From positions 9,064-73,063 of the IMG/VR virus record IMGVR_UViG_3300013108_000622: a DNA stretch of 64,000 bases, one strand, 5' to 3'. This DNA comes from a virus. The notes under the pieces were generated by a model, which saw only the letters and a program-made list of their open reading frames with translations, was not told where the DNA came from and searched no databases. Below are positions 39,654-49,886 of this stretch, one piece after another. Position 1 is the stretch's first letter; each line of letters opens with the position of its first letter. The translations under genes were made by a program, and so were the position numbers.

Positions 39654-40592
39654 TTGTTTGTGAATATATCGTCAGAAGTTAATCTTCATTCCTCCATACG
39701 AAAAATAAATTTTAAATATGAACAAATCATCGTTGGTTGCACTCTAGAGGCACTAATGTTTTCATATCTTAAAAATATTCCCATTGTTTATACTAACCTC
39801 TCTGCCCCCAAGATGTTTGACAGATTTGAGTTAGGGCAAGATTTATCTTTGTTTTCTTATGAAAACAGGGCGCAGAAAATAATAACACCCAAAACTGAAA
39901 TTATGGTGGGTGCCCAAAAGCTCCCTCTTTGGGAAAAACTGTATTTTCATGTCTCTCTTGCTGGCTTGTGTATTTCCCCCTTTGAATTATCGTCAATAAG
40001 AGTAAAAGATAGCATATTAAAGGGCTTCACAGACAATGCTAGAATGGTAGCTTGTGAGTTTGAAGAACTAATAATCTTTGATGATGCAGGTGTATATGGG
40101 ATAGGAGATCCCATTACCCAACTTGATAAAAAGAAGATGGTATATGATTGGTTTTCAGTCCGCAGCGGTATGAAGCACCGGTATGATGTAATAGAGTCAG
40201 ATTCTGAATTTGTAAGTAAGATTATCTTTTATCGTTCATCTCGCATAGATGGTGATCATGATTTTAAAGATGCGGTCGCCGTTTCAAACCTTACGGATAA
40301 GCAATTGATAGAATATGAATTTTCAGATGTTAATTCTCGCTTCAAATCAACCTATATGATGAAAAAAGCAGGCATACGTGGCGCACGTAACGGTCGCGAT
40401 ATGAGAAACAAAGAGAAATATAAATACTACGCAGTAAAAATTGAGAACACAAAAAGAGAAATCGAATCTGTTAGAAATTATTATAATCCTACAGAAAATA
40501 TCATCTTTAATTACGATAGTGTTTATGATATAATAAGTCACACCCACCCTAAGCAAACTTATGCAACAAAACTCATCAGAAGAATATATTGA
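39654..40592 (+). CDS. hypothetical protein, possible degenerate Rossmann fold
   Basis: QIIVGCTLEAL beta-alpha start; start codon uncertain. Confidence 0.5.
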   Translation: MFVNISSEVNLHSSIRKINFKYEQIIVGCTLEALMFSYLKNIPIVYTNLSAPKMFDRFELGQDLSLFSYENRAQKIITPKTEIMVGAQKLPLWEKLYFHVSLAGLCISPFELSSIRVKDSILKGFTDNARMVACEFEELIIFDDAGVYGIGDPITQLDKKKMVYDWFSVRSGMKHRYDVIESDSEFVSKIIFYRSSRIDGDHDFKDAVAVSNLTDKQLIEYEFSDVNSRFKSTYMMKKAGIRGARNGRDMRNKEKYKYYAVKIENTKREIESVRNYYNPTENIIFNYDSVYDIISHTHPKQTYATKLIRRIY

Positions 40593-41505
40593 TCTCAAGT
40601 CATTTCATTTGGCTGGAATAATTCCAACTGCTGGCCAGCCAATGGATTTTAATTTTCCTTGGCATGACTGTATGGTTCCGATTTCTTCTGACTTCTTGGC
40701 AATTGAGCGAGCAGTTTTAGAGTGCGCAACAGTAGGATGTGAGACTATCTGGGTAGTGTGTCATAGCGATATGCAACCCTTATTAAAACATAGACTAGGA
40801 GAATCGGTTCAGGATCCTGTTTGGATCAGTAGGAAACATGACTTGTTTCCATCATCCTCTAAAAAAGAAATCCCGATTTATTATGTGGAAATCCACCCCA
40901 AAGATCAGGATAAAAGAGATTCTTTGGTGTGGTCAATTTTATACGGCTCGAAGGTCGCAAAAAAAATATGTCATAGTTTGAGCCAGTGGGTTATGCCCAA
41001 CAAGTTTTATGTTTCTTTCCCCCACTCTGTTTATCCCTCTCAGCATTTAAGAAAATACCGCTCCGAGATTTCTAATCACGGTAATTTTTTTGTTTTAACT
41101 GATAAGGGCGACTCGATTTTAGAAGATTGTTATGTTGGTTTCGCCTTTGAAGCATCCGAGCTGGGTGGGTTAATAAAGCACTTTTGGGACAAACAAACAG
41201 GAAAATATGACCCTTCTCAACCAATCTCTGATAGGCGAGATGGAAAATTCATAACTAAAATGCTCCCAATTGAAGAAAGATATTCTGGTAGGCATTTCAA
41301 AATTATGGATATCTTTAAAAAATTAGATAATTCTAAAAAAATATTTAAAATTGAGATGGAATGGTATTATGATATTAGCAGTTGGGATAATTTATGTAAT
41401 TATCTTAGTTCTGAGCATCGTAAAGTTTTAAAAAAACCAAAATTGCCTTTTTTATCTGGCAGGAAATGGAATAAGGTAGGAGAAGATGAACCGGAAACTA
41501 TTTAA
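40561..41505 (+). CDS. nucleotidyltransferase-like (NTP_transferase fold) protein
   Basis: AGIIPTAG...P...PI...AIERAV.EC...GCETIWVV; YDISSW near the C-terminus. Confidence 0.55.
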   Translation: MQQNSSEEYIDLKSFHLAGIIPTAGQPMDFNFPWHDCMVPISSDFLAIERAVLECATVGCETIWVVCHSDMQPLLKHRLGESVQDPVWISRKHDLFPSSSKKEIPIYYVEIHPKDQDKRDSLVWSILYGSKVAKKICHSLSQWVMPNKFYVSFPHSVYPSQHLRKYRSEISNHGNFFVLTDKGDSILEDCYVGFAFEASELGGLIKHFWDKQTGKYDPSQPISDRRDGKFITKMLPIEERYSGRHFKIMDIFKKLDNSKKIFKIEMEWYYDISSWDNLCNYLSSEHRKVLKKPKLPFLSGRKWNKVGEDEPETI

Positions 41506-41526
41506 ATTAAAAGGAAAAGTAAAAAA

Positions 41527-41943
41527 TTGTCAGTAAAATATCTTGAATATAAAGCGGGTCTAGGAAACGTAGGCTCTTATCAAGCCAGCGCAAAACCATA
41601 TTTATCATCTTCTATACATGTCCCCACTGGTGGTGCCGTGGTTAAAATAGAGTTCCCGAATGTAACTAGGTTTTTAACAATCGCAAACGTCGGCCCAGCC
41701 GACTCGGATGATGTTGCAATGCGCGTCGGGTTCTCAGTAAATGGCATAAACGATCTTGAGCACTGCAATTATTTTCTCCTTGAAAACGGGGAGTCATATT
41801 CTGGCGATTGGAGGGTTAAAGAGCTTTATTTGAGAACCGACACTGGCTCTACTAATGCCACTGGCTCAATTATTGCTGGCTTGACTAATATTGCAGCGAG
41901 TGAATTATCCCATAACTGGACTGGTTCTGTGGGGGTGGGATGA
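41527..41943 (+). CDS. putative virion protein, paralog 4 of 4
   Basis: GLGNVGSYQASAKPY...FPNVTR...NWTGSVGVG; own late motif at 41497. Confidence 0.6.
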   Translation: MSVKYLEYKAGLGNVGSYQASAKPYLSSSIHVPTGGAVVKIEFPNVTRFLTIANVGPADSDDVAMRVGFSVNGINDLEHCNYFLLENGESYSGDWRVKELYLRTDTGSTNATGSIIAGLTNIAASELSHNWTGSVGVG

Positions 41944-42242
41944 TGGCACAAGGTGGATTTAGCAGGGACTATGCAAGAGCTGCAAGAATTAGACAAGAAG
42001 CTCAAGCCCGAAAAGAAAAAGAAGAACGCGGACTTATTGGGGATGAGGTTATTATAAAATTAAATCCTTACTTTGAAAACAAGATGAATAAAATGGAAGA
42101 AGGTTTAATTTTGAAGCAAGACGAGACGATTGAAGAATTTATCAAAATAACGCGAGATAGAAATAGGTTGTTGAAGTTTTTGCTCTGGACTAACGCTTTG
42201 ACATTGCTTGGGTTGTCTTTTGTTTTAGGTTATTTTTTATGA
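41940..42242 (+). CDS. hypothetical protein with C-terminal transmembrane helix
   Basis: FLLWTNALTLLGLSFVLGYFL. Confidence 0.55.
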   Translation: MMAQGGFSRDYARAARIRQEAQARKEKEERGLIGDEVIIKLNPYFENKMNKMEEGLILKQDETIEEFIKITRDRNRLLKFLLWTNALTLLGLSFVLGYFL

Positions 42243-42451
42243 AAGTTCACAATGTAATTCAGCGACTGCAACGCGAAAGGGAAGACGAAGAGGTTGTCTT
42301 GATTTTTGATGATAACCGAGCTAAATATTATATTATAGAAGAGTTGCCTTTTCTACACGGTGGTCCGCGCAAGTTTAAATTAAAGCATGGTGGTACTGAT
42401 ACCAAGAGTGTAGTACAAATAAGAATTAAAGAATACGAACCGTCTGAATAA
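42239..42451 (+). CDS. hypothetical protein
   Basis: 70 aa ORF coupled by ATGA overlap. Confidence 0.5.
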   Translation: MKVHNVIQRLQREREDEEVVLIFDDNRAKYYIIEELPFLHGGPRKFKLKHGGTDTKSVVQIRIKEYEPSE

Positions 42452-42485
42452 AAAATGCCCCGCCCAATCATCAGACCGGACGGGG
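42450..42485 (-). terminator. terminator between convergent genes
   Basis: Minus strand CCCCGTCCGGTC-tgat-GATTGGGCGGGG followed by CATTTTTT. Confidence 0.7.
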
Positions 42486-42521
42486 ACTTTAGTTTAACTC
42501 AAAAAGTTAAAGAATAATAAA

Positions 42522-44915
42522 TTATTCTTCTTCAATTGGAATCATAGCCATTTTAAAGTCTTGACCAGTTTTGTTGTTTCGGATCCGCAAGTGATCTGAT
42601 TCCTCAAATAGTGTCCAATCGCCACGCTCATTCTTCATATGGAAATCGCCTGTGTACACATTGGTCGCCCAAACAGCGGCAAATTTCTTACTAGAACTAC
42701 CGAGGCTTCGGGTGTCATTAGCATCAGCAATGATGTCTGAATCCAAAAGACCATTGAAAGTAACCGAATCACTAGAGTCAGAACCTAGATCAACGTTACC
42801 ATTAGCAACAAGATTGCTGCTCAAAGTACAAGTTGTACCAACAATTGCAGCAAAGCTACCAGCAGCAACACTGCTAGCACCGATTGTCGTTCCATCAATA
42901 GCACCGCCATCAATGTTAACGCTTGCCGCAGCCAGAGAAGCTACGTTACCATTGTCAACATCAATTTTGTGCAATGAAGCAAGTCCAGAACCACTTACTG
43001 TAGTAGCGGTCAAACCACCGTTAGCAGCAAGTGTAGAACTATAAGTACCGGTTGTACCCACAACAGCAGCAAAAGAACCAGCAGCAACACTGCTAGCGCC
43101 AATTACTGTTCCGTCGATAGCACCACCATCGATGTTAACGTTAGCTGATGAAAGATCAGCAATGTTACCATTGTCAACGTCAACTTTGTGCAATGAAGCA
43201 AGTCCAGAACCACTAATTGTTGTAAGACCAGCCAAAGCCGAGTCAAGATTAACAGTTAAAGTGTTTCCAGAACCAGCAGTATTAATATTGGTTCCACCAG
43301 CAATATCAAGTGTTTCGCTATCTAAATCAATAGACAGAGCACCACCAGCATCACCTTCGAAATCTAAATCTTGTGCAGTTACTTGCGCATCAACATAAGC
43401 CTTGATGGATTGTTGAGTAGCAAGAGCAGTAGCAGAATCAGAAGCCATGTTGTCCTCATCTTTGACTGAAGTCATTGCAGCTCCACCAAGTAGAGCAAAA
43501 GAGCTACCACTTATAGAAGTGAATTTACCAGTAGACGACGAGTTCGCACCAATAGCTGTTCCATCAATAGCACCTGAATCAACATTAATGTTGGTCATCG
43601 CTTGAGATGCACAGTCCATCGCCGCACCAAGAGCATCTGCTCGAAGGTCGTCGATATGAGCAACACCGTCAATGTATAGGTCTTTCCACTCTTTAGAGGA
43701 GGAACCTAAATCTTGAACGCCATCACGTGCTGGAGCAACACTACTATAGAATGTCGCAGCACCACCAACTTGTAGAGTTGAAGAACCACTAATTGTGGTT
43801 GCTGTAACGGTTCCCAAAGCAGAAGCGCCGGTAACTGTCATCGCATCAATGTGACCAGCATCAGCATGGATTTCTGCCCATTGAAGTGCAGAAGTACCAA
43901 GATCACGAGCTGAATCAGTTGAAGGTACAAGATCAGAATCAAAACGACCAGTAGCCGTAATTGTATCCGATGTTGCATTACCCAGATCTGTATCTCCGTT
44001 AGCAGTCAGTGTAGAACTGAAAGTTGCAGTTGTACCGACTAGAGCAGCAAAAGAACCAGCAGCAACGCTATTAGCACCGATTACTGTTCCATCAATAGCA
44101 CCACCGTCAATGTTAACACTGTCAGAATGCATTGAAGCAAAATCAGCCGCACCAGAACCACTTACTGTAGTAAATTTAGCAGCCGCTTGAGAGGTAAGAC
44201 CAACTGTCATTCCATCTGCTGAACCGCCACTAATAATAGCGTGACCAAGAGTAGCTTTATCAACATCAACTTTGTGTACTGAAGCAAGTCCAGAACCACT
44301 TAATGTAGTAAATTTACCAGAACTTGGTGTGTTTTCACCAATAGTCGCAGCGACATCACCAAAAGTAACGTTTGCATCTGTAGTAAGATCTTGATTGAGT
44401 GTAGAAGCTCCTTCAATTGTTAGGTTTGCACCAACAGTGAAGGTTGATCCTGCATTGACATCAAGTTTTAACTCGCTACCATTAGGTGCCTTAAAATCAA
44501 GATTACCTCGATCATCATCAGCAACACGCATGTAACCAGTGACAGAACCATTCTCTTCGATATCAAGACCAGCACCTGCCGCAGAAGTCGCGCCACCACC
44601 ATCATTGATAAGAATGTTTTTATCTTTTACTTGCAAGTTGGTTGTATCAACTTGAGTTGTTGTCCCGTTAACTGTTAGGTTTCCGTTAATAACCGCATCA
44701 CTTGTAGTTGAAAGGGTTTTAAACGAACCAGCTCCACCAATTGCAAGGGTTTGCCCTGAGATTGTGTGCGAAGCAGAAACACTAGTTAGGTTTTGTAAAT
44801 TTTTGTTGTGATCCAACAACGTCACTGGTGTAAAACTAGATACACCGTTTGTCCATTGGATACCACCAAACGAGCCAGTACCCGCTTGTATACCAAATCT
44901 ATATTCATTAGCCAT
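42522..44915 (-). CDS. tail fibre/fibre-like structural protein
   Basis: G/S/T/A-rich; repeated NIDGGAIDGTxIG; DLGSSSK.W motifs; C-terminal YTGDFHMKNERG.WT..E domain. Confidence 0.8.
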   Translation of the reverse strand: MANEYRFGIQAGTGSFGGIQWTNGVSSFTPVTLLDHNKNLQNLTSVSASHTISGQTLAIGGAGSFKTLSTTSDAVINGNLTVNGTTTQVDTTNLQVKDKNILINDGGGATSAAGAGLDIEENGSVTGYMRVADDDRGNLDFKAPNGSELKLDVNAGSTFTVGANLTIEGASTLNQDLTTDANVTFGDVAATIGENTPSSGKFTTLSGSGLASVHKVDVDKATLGHAIISGGSADGMTVGLTSQAAAKFTTVSGSGAADFASMHSDSVNIDGGAIDGTVIGANSVAAGSFAALVGTTATFSSTLTANGDTDLGNATSDTITATGRFDSDLVPSTDSARDLGTSALQWAEIHADAGHIDAMTVTGASALGTVTATTISGSSTLQVGGAATFYSSVAPARDGVQDLGSSSKEWKDLYIDGVAHIDDLRADALGAAMDCASQAMTNINVDSGAIDGTAIGANSSSTGKFTSISGSSFALLGGAAMTSVKDEDNMASDSATALATQQSIKAYVDAQVTAQDLDFEGDAGGALSIDLDSETLDIAGGTNINTAGSGNTLTVNLDSALAGLTTISGSGLASLHKVDVDNGNIADLSSANVNIDGGAIDGTVIGASSVAAGSFAAVVGTTGTYSSTLAANGGLTATTVSGSGLASLHKIDVDNGNVASLAAASVNIDGGAIDGTTIGASSVAAGSFAAIVGTTCTLSSNLVANGNVDLGSDSSDSVTFNGLLDSDIIADANDTRSLGSSSKKFAAVWATNVYTGDFHMKNERGDWTLFEESDHLRIRNNKTGQDFKMAMIPIEEE
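42945..43214. repeat. intragenic direct repeat of 51 bp (42945-42995 and 43164-43214; partial third copy at 44261-44300)
   Basis: gttaccattgtcaacRtcaaYtttgtgcaatgaagcaagtccagaaccact, 2 mismatches. Confidence 0.8.
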
Positions 44916-45117
44916 ATTATAATTTCTCCTTATTAAAAATTTTCCAAATTTTTTTTAATAAAACGGATCTGCCCGAATTTTCGTTATTGAAAAAACATCG
45001 TACCCGCTTGCATAAGTAGGGTCAAAAAAAGAAAAAGGCAATTTATCAAAACAGCTTAAATTGGCTGTTAGACGTTAAGTTCGGAGGATTAGAGTGGTTT
45101 TATAGGGGGAAAAAAAA

Positions 45118-45519
45118 TTAAATTTTTTCAAGCATAATTTTAAACTTTTCACCAGTCAAATTATTTCGAACAGTTAGCATGTCCTGTTCCTCAATGAGGG
45201 TCCAGTTCCCTCTTTCGTTTTGTAAATGAAGGTCGCCAGTGTAAACATTTGTTGCATATATGTTGGCCCAACGGCTGTTGGATTCCCCCAAATCATAAAC
45301 GAGATCCCCGTATGGGATTACGCTACCAGATGCATTGGTTATGCCACCAATTGTTATGTTCCCAGTCAACTCAACAGTTGCGCCATTCCAAGTTAAATTA
45401 TTGGAACTAGAAAGTTTAGTTTTGGTTTGGACAACAGTTATTTGATTCCCACCAGCATCACCAGTGATTTTTATCCTGTTTCTATTGTCTCTACCACTAA
45501 ATCCGCTACCAAAGCCCAT
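45118..45519 (-). CDS. short fibre-like protein sharing the C-terminal domain of the long fibre
   Basis: ATNVYTGDLHLQNERGNWTLIEE; likely start MGFGSG at 45519, 8 nt after ACTATTTA on the minus strand. Confidence 0.7.
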   Translation of the reverse strand: MGFGSGFSGRDNRNRIKITGDAGGNQITVVQTKTKLSSSNNLTWNGATVELTGNITIGGITNASGSVIPYGDLVYDLGESNSRWANIYATNVYTGDLHLQNERGNWTLIEEQDMLTVRNNLTGEKFKIMLEKI

Positions 45520-45599
45520 AACAGAAATAAATAGTAATTTATTGGAACATTCACCTTTAACAGTGTATTTATTATCAGCGAAGGAAGGAAAATAAACCA

Positions 45600-45854
45600 A
45601 TGGAAGATGAAAACCCTACAATAAGCAACCCTTTTACAAGGGAGTTAACCCAAGAAGAAATTAACGAAATATCTATTAAATCCTTCGACCGTGGTCAAAT
45701 AATGGGACAAAAAGACGCCTATTTCAAGGTAGAACAATGGCTTAGAAAACAAGTGATAGATCAATTTATGAAAAAGGCTGATGATAATGCTAAGATATTA
45801 AGATCAGTTCTGGGGCATGTTGAAGCCCTAATAAAAACAATCCCCGAAGAATAA
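45600..45854 (+). CDS. hypothetical protein
   Basis: 84 aa ORF with GGAAGG SD. Confidence 0.55.
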   Translation: MEDENPTISNPFTRELTQEEINEISIKSFDRGQIMGQKDAYFKVEQWLRKQVIDQFMKKADDNAKILRSVLGHVEALIKTIPEE

Positions 45855-45871
45855 TTAATATTTTATTTTAC

Positions 45872-45900
45872 TTGACAAAAAGGATAAGATCTAGTATTAT
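45872..45900 (+). promoter_or_regulatory. sigma70 promoter, leaderless for dnaE
   Basis: TTGACA-N17-TATTAT-N6-ATG, no SD. Confidence 0.75.
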
Positions 45901-45906
45901 TTCACT

Positions 45907-48900
45907 ATGATTAAGTCTGGTATTCCGTTCGTCGGTCTTCATGCACACTCAACTGCGGGTTCTCCGTTCGATGCTATCGGATACCCTCAACAACACATGG
46001 ACTTTGCTTATGAAAATGGCTGTGATGCCTTGGCACTGACCGATCACGGAAACTGTAATGGTCTAGCATATCAGGTTCTTCATGCAAAGTCAATGGAAAA
46101 AGCTGGCAAGAACTTTAAACCAATCTATGGGTGTGAAGCCTATTTCATCCCATCACTCAAAGAATGGGAAGAAGTCTACAACCAAAGCAAAACAGACAAG
46201 AAATCTAAGAAAGACGCAACAAGTGGTGGATTCACAGTAGAAGACGAATCAGAAACCAAATCAGTAAAAGATATACTTAATCGTCGTCGTCATCTAGTGT
46301 TGCTAGCCCAAAATCAAACAGGTCTTAATAATATCTTTAAGTTAATTTCACAATCATATAAGCCAGGAAACTTCTATCGCTTCCCAAGAATTGATTATGA
46401 TCTGCTCCGAACACATAGTGAGGGTATCATCGCTTCCTCTGCCTGTTTAGGTGGCGTTTATGCAGGAGATCTGTGGGAAAATATGGATAATGGAGATGAG
46501 GCTGTCCTAAATGCTATGCGTAAAACTACTGAAAATATGCAAAGTATTCTGGGTGATCGGTGGTATGCAGAACTTCAATGGTTTAAGCACCCCACACAAA
46601 TGAAGCTGAACACCTTTATCGTTCAAATTGCTAAAGAATATGGCCTTGAATTAATCTCAACTGCTGATAGTCACTACTTTAATCCTGAAGTGTGGAAGTC
46701 TCGCGAGCTATACAAACGATTCAGACCAGGCGCAACCGCATTCTTTGGTGAGATGGCTGAAGATTTAGATGAGTATGGAATGGAACTGTATCCCAAGAAT
46801 GGTGATCAAATGTTTGCGTCTTATAAAAAGTATTCATCCGAACTCGGCGTGAAATTCGATGATGATTTGATTAAAGACTCGATTGCTCGGACTCACCATA
46901 TTGCACATAACCGCATCGAAAAATTCTATCCAGACAATACAGTGCGACTACCCTCCTTTGTAATACCTGATAATATGACAGACGACGAGGCACTAAGTGT
47001 AGCTTCGGTTAATAATTTGCAATCCAAAGAATTGACCGACCCTGTTTATGTGGAGCGACTTGAACATGAACTCCAAGTAATCAAAGACCGTGGTTTTAGT
47101 CGTTATTTCCTAACAATGAAAGCCATCGCAGATAAGGCAACTTCGATGCAAATTACTGGCCCATCACGCGGTTCAGCCGGTGGCTCTTTGGTTGCATATG
47201 TTCTTGGAATTACTCAGGTAGATCCTATTAAGTATGGTTTGCTTTTTTCTCGTTTCTTGAGATCTGATGCGAAAGACTATCCAGATATTGATTATGATGT
47301 GTCAGATCCTATGACACTTAAAGAGTCTCTAGTGAAGGAGTGGGGTGAAGATAACGTAGTTCCTATTTCAAACTGGAACACCCTCCAGTTACGCTCTTTG
47401 ATTAAAGATATATCAAAATTTTATGACATTCCATACCAAGAGGTAAACGTCGTAACCAAGAAGATGGTGTTTGAGGCTATGGCCCCTGCTAAACGCGATC
47501 ACGGTATAAAGGCTGGCGTGTATGAGCCAACTTTTGAAGAATTAATGAAGTATAGTACAAGCCTTCAAGAATTCCTAAAGAAATACCCACAAGTCGAGCC
47601 ACACGTAAGAACCTTGAAAGGTCAGGTGCGTTCTTGTTCACGTCATGCTGGCGGCCTGGTTGTTGGCGAAGATCTCAACAAGTATATGCCCTTAATTTAT
47701 TCCGGTGGTGTTCGTCAAACTCCCTGGACTGAGGGTCAGAATGTTAGACACCTTGAACCAATGGGGTTTATTAAGTTTGATATTCTTGGACTAAGCACCC
47801 TAAGAATGATTGAGGATGCAATCTCAAGAATCATTCAGAAGCAAACCGGTACAACGCCAAAATTTAGTGAGGTTAAAAAGTTTTATGATCAGAACCTCCA
47901 CCCAGACAAGATGGATTTTGATAATCAATCCATATATCGAAATATATTTCACAAAGGAAAGTGGGCAGGTGTTTTTCAGTTTACCGAATCTGGAGCACAA
48001 TCGTTTTGTAAGCGAGCAAAGCCAACTTCTTTGATTGATATTGCAGCTATTACATCAATTTTTCGCCCCGGACCGTTGAGCGCCAAGGTTGATAAAGATT
48101 ATGTAAATGCTAAGAATTCGCCGGGAGATATTAAATATAACCACCCAATCATTCAAGAGGTTACTGAAGAAACATATGGCTTTCTAATTTTTCAAGAGCA
48201 GATTGCTTTACTAGCTCACCGCTTGGGTAAGAATATCTCACTCGACGAAGGTAATCTTTTACGTAAACTATTAACTAAAAAAGGAACAGGCAAAGGTGCA
48301 AAAGATAAGCTTAAAATCTATAACAAATTCGTGGCAGGATGTGCAGAGAAAGGAATTAGCACGGTCGAGGCAGAGAATCTTTGGAAAACTTTTGAGTATT
48401 TTAGTGGTTATGGCTTTAATAAGTCCCATGCTGTCGGTTATAGTATTCTATCTTACCAGTGTGCTTGGCTACTAAACTATCACCCAGCAGAATGGTTAGC
48501 TGCGTTTCTAAACAAGGAGCCTGAAAGCCGCAAAGAAAAAGCTATTAATGTTGTCAAGAATTTGGGATACAACATTCAGGAAGTAAACATTAATCTATCC
48601 GGTCGCAACTGGGAAGTCTCAGACTCCGGTGAACTAGTTCAGCCCCTTACCTCGATTAAAGGTCTGGGCGATAAGGCTATGGATCAAATCTTGGAACACC
48701 GACCCTTTAATTCAATTGAAGATTTGCTGTTCAATGAGGAGATAAGTTATTCTAAACTTAATAAAAAATGTTTAGATGTTTTAGTGCGTTCTGGTGCTTG
48801 TGATACTATTGTTGATGATCGCTTTAAGCATTGTAGACACCTTTGGCTTTCAACCGTAAATAATCGTCCTAAAAACAGGAAAAAGCTGGAAGAAAATATT

Positions 48901-49296
48901 AAATTAAACACTGCTGAGCCTGATTTTTCTGAGGAAGAAAAGATTGAAAATGTTGTAAGTTTAACTGGTATATTTCCATTTGATCTAGTTTTAGACAAGA
49001 AGGTGAGAGAGAGGCTAGAGCAGGCCAAGGTTCCACCGATTGCGGATTATGATAAAGATTTACAATTATCTTGGTTTATTCCTAGGGAAATCATACCAAA
49101 AAAGACTAGGAACGGCAAAACTTTCTGGATTTTGAATGTAATTGATGATACATGTCAAACCACTAAAATAATGTGCTGGAATATTTGGGGAGACACACGT
49201 GTTTTTCTCAACAGACCATACATTGCGAAACTTGAACATAGCGATCAATGGGGTTTTTCAACCCGCAAAGTTGGTGGCTTTAAACTAATAGGATAA
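45907..49296 (+). CDS. dnaE: DNA polymerase III alpha subunit
   Basis: PHP domain (HAHS, ALTDHG, GCEAY), RGSAGGSLV, PDIDYD, KFDILGL, YGFNKSH. Confidence 0.95.
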   Translation: MIKSGIPFVGLHAHSTAGSPFDAIGYPQQHMDFAYENGCDALALTDHGNCNGLAYQVLHAKSMEKAGKNFKPIYGCEAYFIPSLKEWEEVYNQSKTDKKSKKDATSGGFTVEDESETKSVKDILNRRRHLVLLAQNQTGLNNIFKLISQSYKPGNFYRFPRIDYDLLRTHSEGIIASSACLGGVYAGDLWENMDNGDEAVLNAMRKTTENMQSILGDRWYAELQWFKHPTQMKLNTFIVQIAKEYGLELISTADSHYFNPEVWKSRELYKRFRPGATAFFGEMAEDLDEYGMELYPKNGDQMFASYKKYSSELGVKFDDDLIKDSIARTHHIAHNRIEKFYPDNTVRLPSFVIPDNMTDDEALSVASVNNLQSKELTDPVYVERLEHELQVIKDRGFSRYFLTMKAIADKATSMQITGPSRGSAGGSLVAYVLGITQVDPIKYGLLFSRFLRSDAKDYPDIDYDVSDPMTLKESLVKEWGEDNVVPISNWNTLQLRSLIKDISKFYDIPYQEVNVVTKKMVFEAMAPAKRDHGIKAGVYEPTFEELMKYSTSLQEFLKKYPQVEPHVRTLKGQVRSCSRHAGGLVVGEDLNKYMPLIYSGGVRQTPWTEGQNVRHLEPMGFIKFDILGLSTLRMIEDAISRIIQKQTGTTPKFSEVKKFYDQNLHPDKMDFDNQSIYRNIFHKGKWAGVFQFTESGAQSFCKRAKPTSLIDIAAITSIFRPGPLSAKVDKDYVNAKNSPGDIKYNHPIIQEVTEETYGFLIFQEQIALLAHRLGKNISLDEGNLLRKLLTKKGTGKGAKDKLKIYNKFVAGCAEKGISTVEAENLWKTFEYFSGYGFNKSHAVGYSILSYQCAWLLNYHPAEWLAAFLNKEPESRKEKAINVVKNLGYNIQEVNINLSGRNWEVSDSGELVQPLTSIKGLGDKAMDQILEHRPFNSIEDLLFNEEISYSKLNKKCLDVLVRSGACDTIVDDRFKHCRHLWLSTVNNRPKNRKKLEENIKLNTAEPDFSEEEKIENVVSLTGIFPFDLVLDKKVRERLEQAKVPPIADYDKDLQLSWFIPREIIPKKTRNGKTFWILNVIDDTCQTTKIMCWNIWGDTRVFLNRPYIAKLEHSDQWGFSTRKVGGFKLIG

Positions 49297-49300
49297 AAAA

Positions 49301-49828
49301 ATGACTGAAAATAAAGATAAAATTTTATTTGAAAGGAAATCTTTTCAATACCACTATAGAATGATGGCCATTATGTGTAATAATGAAGGGCTTGGCGATC
49401 CTCACAACTATGGAAGATCCAAAGAGATTTTCGCAGCTTGTGAGTTGGGCCATAAAGTGGCGACAAAATACTCTGGTGCTGATGCTTTTCTGCTTGATGG
49501 AACCCCTGTTGAATACAAGTCAACGATTGGTAAAAATGTCAAAGGTTCTTATACGGGAGTTTCTGTGCAGCCCACTTGGAATTTACAGGAAAAATATTTA
49601 CGAGAAGACAAGATTGGAAAGTATCCCTATCACTTTTATAACCGTTTTGATAAAAGTGGGCTCTTGGTCGAATCGTGGAAAGTATCAGCTGATGCAGTTC
49701 TCAAGGTTCTTTTGCCCAAATTTAAAGCATCCTACCCCACAGTATTGAAGAAAAAAGATCCTAGACTTAGTGCCAACATGACTACGGCAGAAATTAAAAA
49801 ATATGGCAAGAGGGTATATAACTCTTGA
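49301..49828 (+). CDS. putative PD-(D/E)xK endonuclease
   Basis: E...GADAFLLDGTPVEYKS motif. Confidence 0.5.
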   Translation: MTENKDKILFERKSFQYHYRMMAIMCNNEGLGDPHNYGRSKEIFAACELGHKVATKYSGADAFLLDGTPVEYKSTIGKNVKGSYTGVSVQPTWNLQEKYLREDKIGKYPYHFYNRFDKSGLLVESWKVSADAVLKVLLPKFKASYPTVLKKKDPRLSANMTTAEIKKYGKRVYNS

Positions 49829-49852
49829 CAAAAGATTTAAATCCTGTATAAT
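49825..49852 (+). promoter_or_regulatory. sigma70-type promoter
   Basis: TTGACA-N16-TATAAT. Confidence 0.7.
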
Positions 49853-49886
49853 ATAGATAATAAAGCATTTTTACAGAGGAGAAAAA

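Noticed and set aside
44916-45117. 200 bp AT-rich intergenic region as an ncRNA or origin
   Set aside because: No stable structure or iterons seen; explained as the leader and promoter of the fibre gene
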